Below are positions 9,424 through 17,782 of a DNA stretch of 64,000 bases, piece by piece. The position numbers and the translations under genes are program-made. Position 1 is the stretch's first letter. Every line of letters begins with the position of its first letter. The notes beneath the pieces were generated by a model. It had not been told where the DNA came from and did not search any database. It saw only the letters and a program-made list of their open reading frames with translations. The stretch is taken from the IMG/VR virus record IMGVR_UViG_3300037116_000299, positions 1 to 64,000 of that record. One strand, written 5' to 3'.

Positions 9424-9594
9424 TCAGGTGAGCTTCCCGTACTGCTCCCGCGCTCGCTTCAACCAGACGGCACCGCGGCCCATGCTGATCCCGCGTTCAA
9501 TCGCCTGACGACCGGCGAGGTTGAACTCGGCTCCGCCACGCCTGGCCAGGTCAATGATCTCGACCTCAGCCGTCTGCCAGGGACGGGAACCAAG
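9424..9594 (-). pseudogene. start-less gene remnant (..EIIDLARRGGAEFNLAGRQAIERGISMGRGAVWL..EQYGKLT*)
   Basis: Protein-like reading frame with no start codon after an in-frame TAA; resembles the C-terminal half of an acidobacterial hypothetical family (recollection, unverified). Confidence 0.45.
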
Positions 9595-9742
9595 TTAGTT
9601 ACTAGCACCCCTTGTGGTCGCCTAGCCTCAAGGTCCAGTCTAAAGCGAAGCAGCTTATTCGCCTAAACGGCGGTGGTCACCCGCCTGATTCCTGGCCCGC
9701 TCGCCTCTTCCGTGGCCGGGAGCTGTCCGAAAAGGGGTTCCA

Positions 9743-10270
9743 ATGCATATTCCGACAATCTCAAGACGGACGCTCACACTCGCTCTAGGAGCATTTTTGA
9801 GTTGCTCCTTGGTCGCGGCTCAAAAACCTGACGAGGGCATCGCAAAGGCGAGGGCCGCTTGGGAGAACAGCTTCAATTCGAAGGACCTGCCTGGATTGAT
9901 GTCTCTTTATGCCGACGATGCGGCGCTACTGGCGACTTCAGGAGAACGGATCGTCGGCAAGGACAAGATCGCCGCGTACTTCAAGGCCCTCTTCGACTCC
10001 TCTAGCACGCTGCACGTGAAGCTGAACAGCGAAACGACTGCTAGCGCTTCTGACCTGGGCTATGACAGCGGAACGTATGAAGAGGTCGTGACACATGCCG
10101 GAGGAACGACCATCAGTGGCAATGTTGTTGTTTCGGGAAACGTTCAGATAAGTGGTGGTGGAGAGTCGCGAGAGATTTCAAATGGCAGCTATCTGTTTGT
10201 GTTGACGCGTAAGGCAGGAAAATGGCTATTTACACAGCAGGCTTGGACCATACACGCGCAGCCCAAGTAG
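9743..10270 (+). CDS. secreted NTF2/SnoaL-like (DUF4440/YybH-like) protein
   Basis: Signal peptide; 'WENSFNSKDLPGLMSLYADDA..GKDKI', 'GYDSGTY', 'GSYLFVL..GKW'. Confidence 0.8.
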   Translation: MHIPTISRRTLTLALGAFLSCSLVAAQKPDEGIAKARAAWENSFNSKDLPGLMSLYADDAALLATSGERIVGKDKIAAYFKALFDSSSTLHVKLNSETTASASDLGYDSGTYEEVVTHAGGTTISGNVVVSGNVQISGGGESREISNGSYLFVLTRKAGKWLFTQQAWTIHAQPK

Positions 10271-10311
10271 CGGCTTACTGCTGAGGACACACGACCTCAA
10301 ATCGAGAACAA

Positions 10312-10515
10312 TCAGGGACGGATCTTGATTTCAAATGTCTGGCGGAGATTGGAGAGCACCATGTGCAGGTACTTCTCTGCCCCGATCTCCCGGATCAGTT
10401 TGACTCCGGCGGCGATCCAGACATCTTCCGCGACAATTGCTGGTTCAGAAAGACAGTAGATTGGGTTGGTCATCATCTCTCTGACTCTTTCTGCAGTCCA
10501 TGGCTCTTGATCCAT
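10312..10515 (-). CDS. small hypothetical protein
   Basis: 67-aa ORF (WTAERV..NPIY..W..GAEKYL), divergent from the 10646 cluster. Confidence 0.55.
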   Translation of the reverse strand: MDQEPWTAERVREMMTNPIYCLSEPAIVAEDVWIAAGVKLIREIGAEKYLHMVLSNLRQTFEIKIRP

Positions 10516-10598
10516 AAGGCCGGCATCCTGGGCCGGACGACGAGTCTAGCACAACAACAAAAAGGCCAGGTCATCGTTCGACCGGCCAAGTAGGGATA

Positions 10599-10629
10599 GC
10601 TTTGGTACTTTCGCCCGGGGCCGCATGCT
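10599..10629 (+). promoter_or_regulatory. putative element-specific promoter GCTTTGGTACTT-N12-G-CATGCT
   Basis: Identical 12-mer and spacing to the site at 17192-17222; lies upstream of the plus-strand cluster. Confidence 0.4.
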
Positions 10630-10645
10630 GGCCTTGAGGTGAAAG

Positions 10646-10870
10646 ATGACTGACGGCGTTGATATCCCAATCCCTGAACCGCTTCCAGCCAAGCTGGTGG
10701 CTTTCCTGTACCTGCTGATGCGGGACAACCTGCCCGTTGGTGACGTCGCCGGCATCCTGCAGAACCACGTCCGCAAGCTGGCCACCTTGAATCCGAAGGG
10801 CTGGCTGTTCTCGAACACCCACCTGGAAGCCTATGCGCGTGAGATCGCGGCCGAGCTGGTGCAACCGTGA
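10646..10870 (+). CDS. phage-type hypothetical protein
   Basis: GAGG SD; 'LVAFLYLLMRDNLPVG..FSNTHLEAYA'. Confidence 0.65.
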   Translation: MTDGVDIPIPEPLPAKLVAFLYLLMRDNLPVGDVAGILQNHVRKLATLNPKGWLFSNTHLEAYAREIAAELVQP

Positions 10871-11286
10871 CCGGCGAGACCATGACTCATCTGTTCGCCG
10901 CCGGCTTCATCATGGTCATGATCGGCCAGGTCTGTGTCTTCGGCATGGTCATCCGCCCGGCGTGGCCGGACGAGCTGAAGGAGTGGTTCAAGGACCAGTG
11001 GGATCCAGCCTGGCGTTCCCGCGGCGGTCACTACAACTTCGCGCCCCTGGAGAATCGGCTCGAGCAGATGACCCGGCATGAGATCGCCAAGAAGGCTACC
11101 TTCGGCTGGAAGCGGTTGCACTGTCGGCGGCGCACTCTGAAGCCGCGCCGCCTGGCCATGCAGTTGATCTGGCGGTTGACTTCGTATGCGCACACCTCCT
11201 GCCAGTGTGCTTGTCATTCCCCGCGTTTTGGATGTGCTCAGACCTGCGGCACCCAGACCAACATGTATCACGAGCCCTGCTGCTAA
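10867..11286 (+). CDS. hypothetical protein, N-terminal TM and Cys/His-rich C-terminus
   Basis: GTGA overlap with the previous gene; CQCACH..CAQTCG..HEPCC. Confidence 0.55.
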   Translation: MTGETMTHLFAAGFIMVMIGQVCVFGMVIRPAWPDELKEWFKDQWDPAWRSRGGHYNFAPLENRLEQMTRHEIAKKATFGWKRLHCRRRTLKPRRLAMQLIWRLTSYAHTSCQCACHSPRFGCAQTCGTQTNMYHEPCC

Positions 11287-11295
11287 GGAACGAAC

Positions 11296-12072
11296 ATGCA
11301 ATGGCTGATTCAAGACTCTGGCGTCACCTTTGACTGCCTGGATCGCAATGTGAAGCCCCTGGTCGAGGCTGTCGATCACCGCGGGCTTCCGCGGACCTGC
11401 GTAGGCTACGTCCCGTTCGTCCACACCCTCACGGGGATTGAGGGCCTGGATCGTAGTGTGCCTACGATGTTCTATGGCTCAACCAAATTGGCTGAGCTGG
11501 CCATGACCTCCGGCTTTGCGCCCGGCGGCTTCTACGATGCCGCCTGGTTCGATCCGGGCAACTGGGTAAGGAAGCGGCCTGACCTTCTGAACGAAGCTCA
11601 GACCAGGATCACTGCCGGCCAGCTCCGCCAGACCTGGATCTCCGAGCCGACCTTCGTCAAGTCCGTCGACGCCAAGGTCCTCACCGGCATGGTGCTCGAG
11701 GGTCCGGATCGAGGCTGGTGGACTGAAGAATACAGCCACGTGAAGGACACCGACGTGTTGACGGTGAGCCCGGTTCAGACGATCGACCAGGAGTGGCGTT
11801 TCTTTATTGTAGAGGGCGAAGTTGTCGCCGGATCTCAATACAGGAAGGACGGTTGCCTGCGCTGGCGGGCTCCGATCGATGACTTCGTCTGGTTCCAGGC
11901 CAGGAAGATGGCGAAACTCTGGCTGCCGGCGCCGACAGTCGTCATGGACATCTGCCTGACCAAGAACAACTGGTTCAAGGTGGTCGAGTTCAACTGCGTC
12001 AACTCGAGCGGCTTCTACTCGGCCGACGTGGGCGCATTCGTCGATGCAATGGAGAAGGCCTATGCGGGATAA
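11296..12072 (+). CDS. ATP-grasp domain protein (DUF4343/R2K-like)
   Basis: FVKS..KVLTG, EWRFFIVEGEVV, VMDI, VVEFNCVNSSGFY. Confidence 0.85.
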   Translation: MQWLIQDSGVTFDCLDRNVKPLVEAVDHRGLPRTCVGYVPFVHTLTGIEGLDRSVPTMFYGSTKLAELAMTSGFAPGGFYDAAWFDPGNWVRKRPDLLNEAQTRITAGQLRQTWISEPTFVKSVDAKVLTGMVLEGPDRGWWTEEYSHVKDTDVLTVSPVQTIDQEWRFFIVEGEVVAGSQYRKDGCLRWRAPIDDFVWFQARKMAKLWLPAPTVVMDICLTKNNWFKVVEFNCVNSSGFYSADVGAFVDAMEKAYAG

Positions 12073-12253
12073 GTGCAGGGCAGTCCTCCGGGCGCACCTT
12101 CGCCGCAACCGGGCTCGCACCTGGCTGGCGGCGAACGCTCCGATCGCCAGGCGCAACGGAAAGACCAGGGCCACCATGGCACTCTTTGAGTACCATCGCC
12201 GGGTGTTCTGGAGTTCAGTCAAGCAAATCATGGAGGCAGTAGATGGAAGGTAA
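12062..12253 (+). CDS. small basic hypothetical protein
   Basis: Overlaps neighbours at both ends in the same operon. Confidence 0.45.
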   Translation: MRDKCRAVLRAHLRRNRARTWLAANAPIARRNGKTRATMALFEYHRRVFWSSVKQIMEAVDGR

Positions 12254-12503
12254 CGAGCAGCTCACCCCGGATCAGATCCTGGCCAACGGTCATATCACTT
12301 TGGATATGATCTTCGACTTGTACACCAGAATTCTGATGGACGGATTCGTGTCGGATGGACCTCTGTTCACCTCGATGAATCAGCTCCAGGAGTGGCGGCC
12401 GGACCTGACCGACGAAGTCCTGGCGGAGTCGGGCTTCATCCGCGGCGTTCATATCGCCCACATTCACGATGGTTTGATCGAACCTTACGCCGTGCCGGAT
12501 TGA
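12243..12503 (+). CDS. hypothetical protein
   Basis: GGAGG SD; 86 aa; last gene of the cluster. Confidence 0.55.
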   Translation: MEGNEQLTPDQILANGHITLDMIFDLYTRILMDGFVSDGPLFTSMNQLQEWRPDLTDEVLAESGFIRGVHIAHIHDGLIEPYAVPD

Positions 12504-12588
12504 GAAATAGTAGGGTAGTATTTCTAAATGCTTTCCTGCGACAAAACGTGACACTATTCGCTGGAAACAACTGATTCTGTGAGGCTTC

Positions 12589-12792
12589 TCATCTCGGTGA
12601 GAAGCCTTTCTGATTGAGCACCTTTTGCAGCTGCACCAGGGCCTGCTTCATCAGATCAGCCTCTTCGTCGTCTACGGCACAGGCACGGATCTGGGCCCAC
12701 TGCAGACGCTTGACGAACTCAGCCAGCGCCCAGGCTGCCTTGGGGAAGAGGGAGAGATCAAGGTCGACAGTTGGCTCGGACATGGTGTCCAT
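12589..12792 (-). CDS. small MGE protein (DUF7706-like)
   Basis: 'AWALAEFVKRLQW..IRACAVDDEEA..M..L..GFSPR', a pattern I recognise from plasmid/phage proteins. Confidence 0.65.
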   Translation of the reverse strand: MDTMSEPTVDLDLSLFPKAAWALAEFVKRLQWAQIRACAVDDEEADLMKQALVQLQKVLNQKGFSPR

Positions 12793-13068
12793 AGTAGCTC
12801 AGGTGCAGGCCAGTTCCTCGTCCTTGACTTCGACTGAAGAAGTTACCGTACGGTGTCTTTTCGCCATGACACCGCTCGGTGACATGCAAATGATCCCGTG
12901 CGGGATGATTCTGCTTTCAAAAGCACCTTGTCGCCCCTGGTACAAACATACTTGGCTCATCAGACTAGAAGTTCTTGCGTTTTCTGTCGCTTGCAGAATT
13001 CTACCTGTGTCAGACCTTGTTTTTGTCCGGTTTTCGTGGATGAATAGGGGTTATAGGGGGTTTACTTT

Positions 13069-13191
13069 ATGTCGAAGTGCGAGCGGACGTCACGGCGGGT
13101 TGCGAGGCTTGCGGCGAAACAGATGCGCAATGGGAAGCGAAGCGAGCGAAGTGTTGCAGCTTCGTCGCTACGGGCGCGCAGGCGCGGCTAA
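13069..13191 (+). CDS. 40-aa basic peptide MSKCERTSRRVARLAAKQMRNGKRSERSVAASSLRARRRG (not in ORF track)
   Basis: AGGGGG SD; TSxRVAxxA..SVAxSxL pattern; stop is 1 nt before the next start. Confidence 0.55.
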   Translation: MSKCERTSRRVARLAAKQMRNGKRSERSVAASSLRARRRG

Positions 13192-13192
13192 C

Positions 13193-13453
13193 GTGGAACT
13201 TGTTCTTATTGAATGGCTGGACTCCCGCAGGGGAGAGGGGTGGGTGCGGCTGGACGAACTCGACAGCACTGTAACCAGGTGTCGCTCGGTCGGCTGGATT
13301 GTGGCTAGGGACCGTGATTCGGTCACTCTTGCCGGACACCTTGGAGAGAATCCCGATCAGTGCTGCGGCGACCTGACAATCCCCCAAAAAGCAATGCTCA
13401 GAATGACCCCTCTAAGTATCCCAAAAGCCGCGCTAGCCGCATCAGCGAAGTAG
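13193..13453 (+). CDS. small phage-type protein (LIEWLDS..CRSVGW family)
   Basis: GTG directly after the peptide; C-terminal part of track ORF 12614..13453. Confidence 0.65.
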   Translation: MELVLIEWLDSRRGEGWVRLDELDSTVTRCRSVGWIVARDRDSVTLAGHLGENPDQCCGDLTIPQKAMLRMTPLSIPKAALAASAK

Positions 13454-13672
13454 TTCAAACGTCTCGACTCCAAGCGCGATGGCGAGGCGTTCCAGTACCA
13501 GCACTCCCGGCTCAATTTGGGCGGTTTCCAGACGCGCAAGATGGGCCTGCTCAATCTGAGCGTGGTCGGCAAGCATCCGCTGGGACCATCCCTTCTTTAT
13601 TCGAAGGCTGCGCACCTTCTGTCCGATTCGGAGACAGATGGAGGGAGGCGCGGCCAATTTCCCGGTTGCCAT
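13442..13672 (-). CDS. XRE-family HTH transcriptional regulator
   Basis: IGQKVRSLRIKKGWSQRMLA..HLARLETAQIEP..LAIALGV. Confidence 0.85.
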   Translation of the reverse strand: MATGKLAAPPSICLRIGQKVRSLRIKKGWSQRMLADHAQIEQAHLARLETAQIEPGVLVLERLAIALGVETFELLR

Positions 13673-13744
13673 CCTGCAAGCATGGCGTTAGGCTGGGGGG
13701 CGTGTTGATGTCGGATAGAACATCAAAACTAAGGAACGATCCCC

Positions 13745-14431
13745 ATGAGACGCCTGCACGTCTTACCTGTAGTTATCCTCTGCGCCCTGGCTGGGTGTTC
13801 GTCGGGAATGTCCGGCGGCTCGGCGGCCAAAACTGGAACGGGCGGCACGTCGAGCGATTACGTTGCCCTCAGTCAGACAATCTTCATGGGCGACGTTATT
13901 ACGCAGAACTGGCCGCAAGCCGCGAGTCCGGCAACTGCCATCACCATCACGGAAGGAGCGGCGGGCGATTTTGGAAAGTTTGATAGTAAGTGCGTGACTG
14001 GTTGTAGTCCGTCCGCATTGCAGATTGCCGCTCCAAACAATAAGCGCCTTGTGATCTTGGTTGGTGAGGTTGATGCTTTGACGCTATGTGGTGGCGGAAC
14101 TGACGCGGATTTCTCTTTCAATCTGAGTACGCTAGTTGGGGCCGCGCAATCACTGTTTGGGTTGGAGGTGTGGATTGGGACGGTCCCGCCGATTTACTCG
14201 CCAAACAACGGCGCTCTTACCTGCCAGACGGCGACGGCCACTATCAACCAACAGATAGGTGCTGTGGCGCTCGCCAGCGGAGTACGCGTCTTAGACTTCG
14301 CCAGCGTTCTTAATTCTTCAAACGACTTCAGCGCGAAGCCGCCCGTGCAAGCCTTTGGAATTCCGTACAGTCTGCCCAATACGGTTGGATATGCGGCTAT
14401 GACTACGCTCTACACGCAAGATAACCAGTGA
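13745..14431 (+). CDS. lipoprotein with degenerate SGNH/GDSL fold
   Basis: Lipobox LAGC; blocks FMGDVIT, LVGEVD, SLPNTVGY; Ser and His absent at the expected positions. Confidence 0.7.
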   Translation: MRRLHVLPVVILCALAGCSSGMSGGSAAKTGTGGTSSDYVALSQTIFMGDVITQNWPQAASPATAITITEGAAGDFGKFDSKCVTGCSPSALQIAAPNNKRLVILVGEVDALTLCGGGTDADFSFNLSTLVGAAQSLFGLEVWIGTVPPIYSPNNGALTCQTATATINQQIGAVALASGVRVLDFASVLNSSNDFSAKPPVQAFGIPYSLPNTVGYAAMTTLYTQDNQ

Positions 14432-14734
14432 GGCGAAGTACTAGGGGCGCTTCGTGAGCGCAAGTATTGGTTTTAGGATGAATTGGGCAGTTTGCTTGTA
14501 GTCCATCGGCGCGGGCGCTTCGTTTGCTTGATCCGCGAGCTTACCCCATTCCTGTTGTGATTCGCTATCATGTTGGAATTGCTCATCTTGGGCGCTCATT
14601 CCGCACCCCTGATGAGTGAAGTATGTTTGTACCCTCTTCCCGTACGGGATGATCCAGACGCACGAAAGGCAGGCTCCAGGCCTGCCCTTGTGAATGTTCT
14701 CAGAATGCGATCGCTCGTTCTCCGAATGAGAACG

Positions 14735-15199
14735 CTAGGCGCTGGCGGTGCTGGGTGTCCGGATCTCCTGGATGACCGGAGTCTTGCGTAACTCCAGGAG
14801 CCCGAAGCGGCCATCCTCGGTCTTGTAGAACTCGCGGCCCGCGGAGGCCCGCTTGTAGAGCATCTGGTCCAGGGTCTTCGCCGGATCGATGCCGTAGGTG
14901 GTGCGAATCATGACCTTCAGATCGTCGGGAGACTTCTCGGTGCCGGCGTTGCGCAGCACGGTCCTGGCCATATCCAGGGTGTTGGGCTGCTCCTTGCGGT
15001 TCACTGGGCCTTCGGTCAGGGCCCGGACAGGCTGCGGCTGGTAGGGCGCAGTTCCAGGCTGGACGAATCCATCGAGAGCGTTGCGCGCCTCAATGGTGTT
15101 CTTGATCGAAGTCCTATACCGCTCTAACTGGTCGATCTTGGAATCGATCCCGGCCAGCTCCTGCTCTAAAGCCTTGATGACTGCATCGTTCATAGACAC
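14735..15199 (-). CDS. coiled-coil + HARE-type winged-helix DNA-binding protein
   Basis: N-terminal heptads; 'TLDMARTVLRNAG..L..MI..FYKTEDGRFGL'. Confidence 0.7.
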   Translation of the reverse strand: MSMNDAVIKALEQELAGIDSKIDQLERYRTSIKNTIEARNALDGFVQPGTAPYQPQPVRALTEGPVNRKEQPNTLDMARTVLRNAGTEKSPDDLKVMIRTTYGIDPAKTLDQMLYKRASAGREFYKTEDGRFGLLELRKTPVIQEIRTPSTASA

Positions 15200-15241
15200 A
15201 TCCTAGACTTTCTGCAGACCGAGTGTAAGGCCTGCTCCAGC

Positions 15242-15270
15242 AGTAGAGCACGCAGTATAGGACTTGTCAA
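15242..15270 (-). promoter_or_regulatory. sigma70-type promoter TTGACA-N17-TCTACT with TGn extension
   Basis: Perfect -35 (15265-15270), 17-nt spacer, ~40 nt upstream of the 15199 start. Confidence 0.6.
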
Positions 15271-15491
15271 TACCTATTTTGTACCACTCTAAGACAGCTC
15301 TTCCCTTCTGAGGGTTCAATCTTATACAAAGTGAAACGATTGTTCTTGACGGGGAGCGGTGGCGCGGCGGCTGCCGCGCGGTCCATCTGACGAAGGCCAC
15401 TGATCATGCCCCAGGTCACCAGGGTGCAGAGGACAGGCAGGATCGGGATGTGGGCGCAGAGCGAGTACAGCGTCCGCCAAAGGCTTCCCAT
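15267..15491 (-). CDS. small membrane protein (tentative)
   Basis: GGAG SD; hydrophobic IPILPVLCTLVTWGMI. Confidence 0.4.
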   Translation of the reverse strand: MGSLWRTLYSLCAHIPILPVLCTLVTWGMISGLRQMDRAAAAAPPLPVKNNRFTLYKIEPSEGKSCLRVVQNRY

Positions 15492-15526
15492 TCGAGTTCT
15501 CCGTGAGAGTCATAACCCTAAACAAC

Positions 15527-15555
15527 ACAAAACAAAGACAAATACAAATACAAAG
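15527..15555. repeat. five near-tandem ACAAA units in an AT-rich tract
   Basis: acaaa-acaaag-acaaat-acaaat-acaaag. Confidence 0.6.
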
Positions 15556-15564
15556 TGAGAGGGT

Positions 15565-15767
15565 TGCTCAATGGAAAGCCAGATGGCGCGAGAGGTCCCC
15601 GCGTCTGTCTAGTATAGGAACCAGGAGGTCAAGAGCCCCGAAACCAATAACACCACGCGGCATCCTGCCGACTTCTCCCACGCCTACCTGTTATAGGAAG
15701 GGGCCCACCGCGATTGAGCATTGGTGGGCCCAAATGAGAACGGCCGGAGCACGAGGCCCCGGCCGTT
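15565..15767 (-). other. structured intergenic region: two GC-rich hairpins plus loop-to-distal complementarity
   Basis: Stems 15701-15731 and 15739-15767; loop ATTGAGCA (15713-20) complementary to TGCTCAAT (15565-72). Confidence 0.45.
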
Positions 15768-15783
15768 GAGAGAGTGAAGATCG

Positions 15784-16911
15784 CTACGCGGCCTTCTCTG
15801 AGATGACAACATGGCCCCGCAGATACTGCATGACCTCGTTGTACTGTTGGCGCGCCGTCTGGGTACTACACTGCAGCAGCGCCGCGACCTGGACCCAGTT
15901 GTACTCCTTGCAGTAGACCATCTGGAGGATCCAGCGCTCCTGCGGAGTCAGCGTGCGGAAGAGACGGTCATCGGTACTCTTGACCCAGGCGTCAGTCATG
16001 CGACTGATGTCCACCTGGGAGTGCATCAGGTCCGTGTCCGCCGCCCAGAGAACGCCGTTGGCATCACTGAAGTTGCCGTCTGCGCTAGGCAGCGCAGTGG
16101 CGTAGATGCGAGTATCGCCTGCAGCAGCTTCAGCGACTCCGCTCGGCCGATAATCGAGTTGCAGAAGGCCTGGCCGCGCTTCGAGTTCATTACGCCGAGC
16201 CTTGATGAACTCGATGAGATAGAACCGGAACTGGCGTTGCGCGTGATAAACAAACCCGATCGGCCCTGACTTGAAGAATGCCGGCTTGGGTGGCCACTCC
16301 GGCCCCCTCTTGTAACCGAGAACCTTCCGCCGCGGACCGTATACCGCGACCAGGTATCCCTTGCTAACCAGCAGCCGAACACACCTAACAGCATCAAAAT
16401 CCAGCTCTGCTGAGATAACTTCGGCTGTGAACTGCTTGTTCCCGAACTTCGCATCAACTACCTCGCATACCTGGCGCACCTTATCCGTGTACTTGGGGTC
16501 GTAATGGTGGCATGCCCGGAGAAAGCACATGACCATCACGTCGTACACTTCATCTGTCGACAATTGCTTGAACGCCAGGTGGAGGGAACGGCAGGCTTCT
16601 GAAAGCGTAGCCATATCATCGGTCTCGCCAGGGGCCAAGAGATTGCGCAGCATGTTCGCCGCATCCTTACCAGGACGCGAGCGCAGGCTGGGCAGCTGAC
16701 CACGAATCACCATGTTGGTGTACTTGATCAGGATCCCGTGGAAACACTGCACCAACGTCAGGAAGAGACCTTCTTTCTCAGGTCCGTCCGGCAGGTTGGC
16801 GTAGCGAATGGCGAGCAGATTGACAGCATCGCGATCGTGGAATTCGTCATCGGCAGGCACAGCCCATTTCGACGCGTAGTGGACCGACGACAGATTGTAA
16901 GAACGGGACAT
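15784..16911 (-). CDS. phage-type sigma-70-like factor with inserted winged-helix-like segment (alternative start 17175)
   Basis: Region 2-like 'DEVYDVMVMCFLRACHHYDP' and 'FVYHAQRQFRFYL'; region 4 'LTPQERWILQMVY..WVQVAALLQCSTQTARQ'; GAGG SD before ATG 16911. Confidence 0.7.
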   Translation of the reverse strand: MSRSYNLSSVHYASKWAVPADDEFHDRDAVNLLAIRYANLPDGPEKEGLFLTLVQCFHGILIKYTNMVIRGQLPSLRSRPGKDAANMLRNLLAPGETDDMATLSEACRSLHLAFKQLSTDEVYDVMVMCFLRACHHYDPKYTDKVRQVCEVVDAKFGNKQFTAEVISAELDFDAVRCVRLLVSKGYLVAVYGPRRKVLGYKRGPEWPPKPAFFKSGPIGFVYHAQRQFRFYLIEFIKARRNELEARPGLLQLDYRPSGVAEAAAGDTRIYATALPSADGNFSDANGVLWAADTDLMHSQVDISRMTDAWVKSTDDRLFRTLTPQERWILQMVYCKEYNWVQVAALLQCSTQTARQQYNEVMQYLRGHVVISEKAA

Positions 16912-16978
16912 CAGGATTCCTCTCGGTGTTTCGTGTCCCCACACGGAAGAGAGAGTTGTCCTGATAACTAACCGCTTG

Positions 16979-17182
16979 CTAGGCGGCTTTGCTGAGTACC
17001 TCAGCACGATCGGTGGCGGTGCGGCGACCTTCTTCACCATCGCTGGTGCGAACTGTTTCCGCCGGCATGGGCCAACGAGTAGTGCGGATTGGAGACGACA
17101 TCCCCTGCCGCGGACTGAGATAATCCTGAGCGAACGGGAAAGCGAGTTGTCTTGGATCAAGTGCTGCTGAGACATGTGTCAT
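16979..17182 (-). CDS. possible 67-aa protein (QLAFPF motif, ends KAA)
   Basis: Alternative reading to the N-terminal extension of the sigma ORF; ambiguous. Confidence 0.35.
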   Translation of the reverse strand: MTHVSAALDPRQLAFPFAQDYLSPRQGMSSPIRTTRWPMPAETVRTSDGEEGRRTATDRAEVLSKAA

Positions 17183-17191
17183 AACTCCTCC

Positions 17192-17222
17192 AGAATACGA
17201 AGCGTGATTGAAGTACCAAAGC
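17192..17222 (-). promoter_or_regulatory. putative promoter GCTTTGGTACTT-N12-G-TATTCT
   Basis: Intergenic, upstream of the sigma-like gene; same 12-mer and spacing as 10599-10629. Confidence 0.45.
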
Positions 17223-17782
17223 TACGCGGCAGCCGCCAGGACAGGACGTCTCGTGACCAATCTTTGAATCCAGGCCCTGAAGTCCTCATACGATGAGTCA
17301 CTCTTCGCCCTGTTACAGGTTTCGCAGCAGGTCACAACATTGCTGGATTCATAACCTTTCGAACTGTCGATCCGGTCGATCCCGTTGTAGGTGAAGGTTT
17401 CACCCTTATGGAGTCTGGTTGTGTGCGGCGAAAGATCACAGTAGTGGCAATCACCTTGGAACAGGTATTCCAACTCCTCGCGGGTCAACTCAAATGCCAA
17501 CCCTCTGCGCTTTGCATTGCTCCGGTAGTCAAGAATGATCCGCGTACACATGGCGTAACCAGCAGGTTTGTGTCCCATCTTCTGAATCTCACGGCCGTGT
17601 TCACGACGGGACTCAGTCCAGAGGCAACCGCAACTGTTGGTGCATTTGCCCAGATTCGACCGATACACAGAGGCTTCATTGCCGCAGTCACAATCGCAAA
17701 TCCAGTAGCCTTCTTTCTCCGAAGACCGTTCGCGAACGACAAGACGTCCGAATCGCTTGGTTGGGTACACTCTAGGCGACAT
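17222..17782 (-). CDS. HNH homing-type endonuclease
   Basis: RFGRLVV..WICDCDCG; CHYC..GIDRIDSSKGY..NVVTCCETCNRAK. Confidence 0.9.
   Translation of the reverse strand: MSPRVYPTKRFGRLVVRERSSEKEGYWICDCDCGNEASVYRSNLGKCTNSCGCLWTESRREHGREIQKMGHKPAGYAMCTRIILDYRSNAKRRGLAFELTREELEYLFQGDCHYCDLSPHTTRLHKGETFTYNGIDRIDSSKGYESSNVVTCCETCNRAKSDSSYEDFRAWIQRLVTRRPVLAAAA

Noticed and set aside
12614-13192. N-terminal 193 aa of track ORF 12614..13453
   Set aside because: Overlaps a minus-strand gene and a better SD-led peptide; only the part from GTG 13193 looks protein-like.
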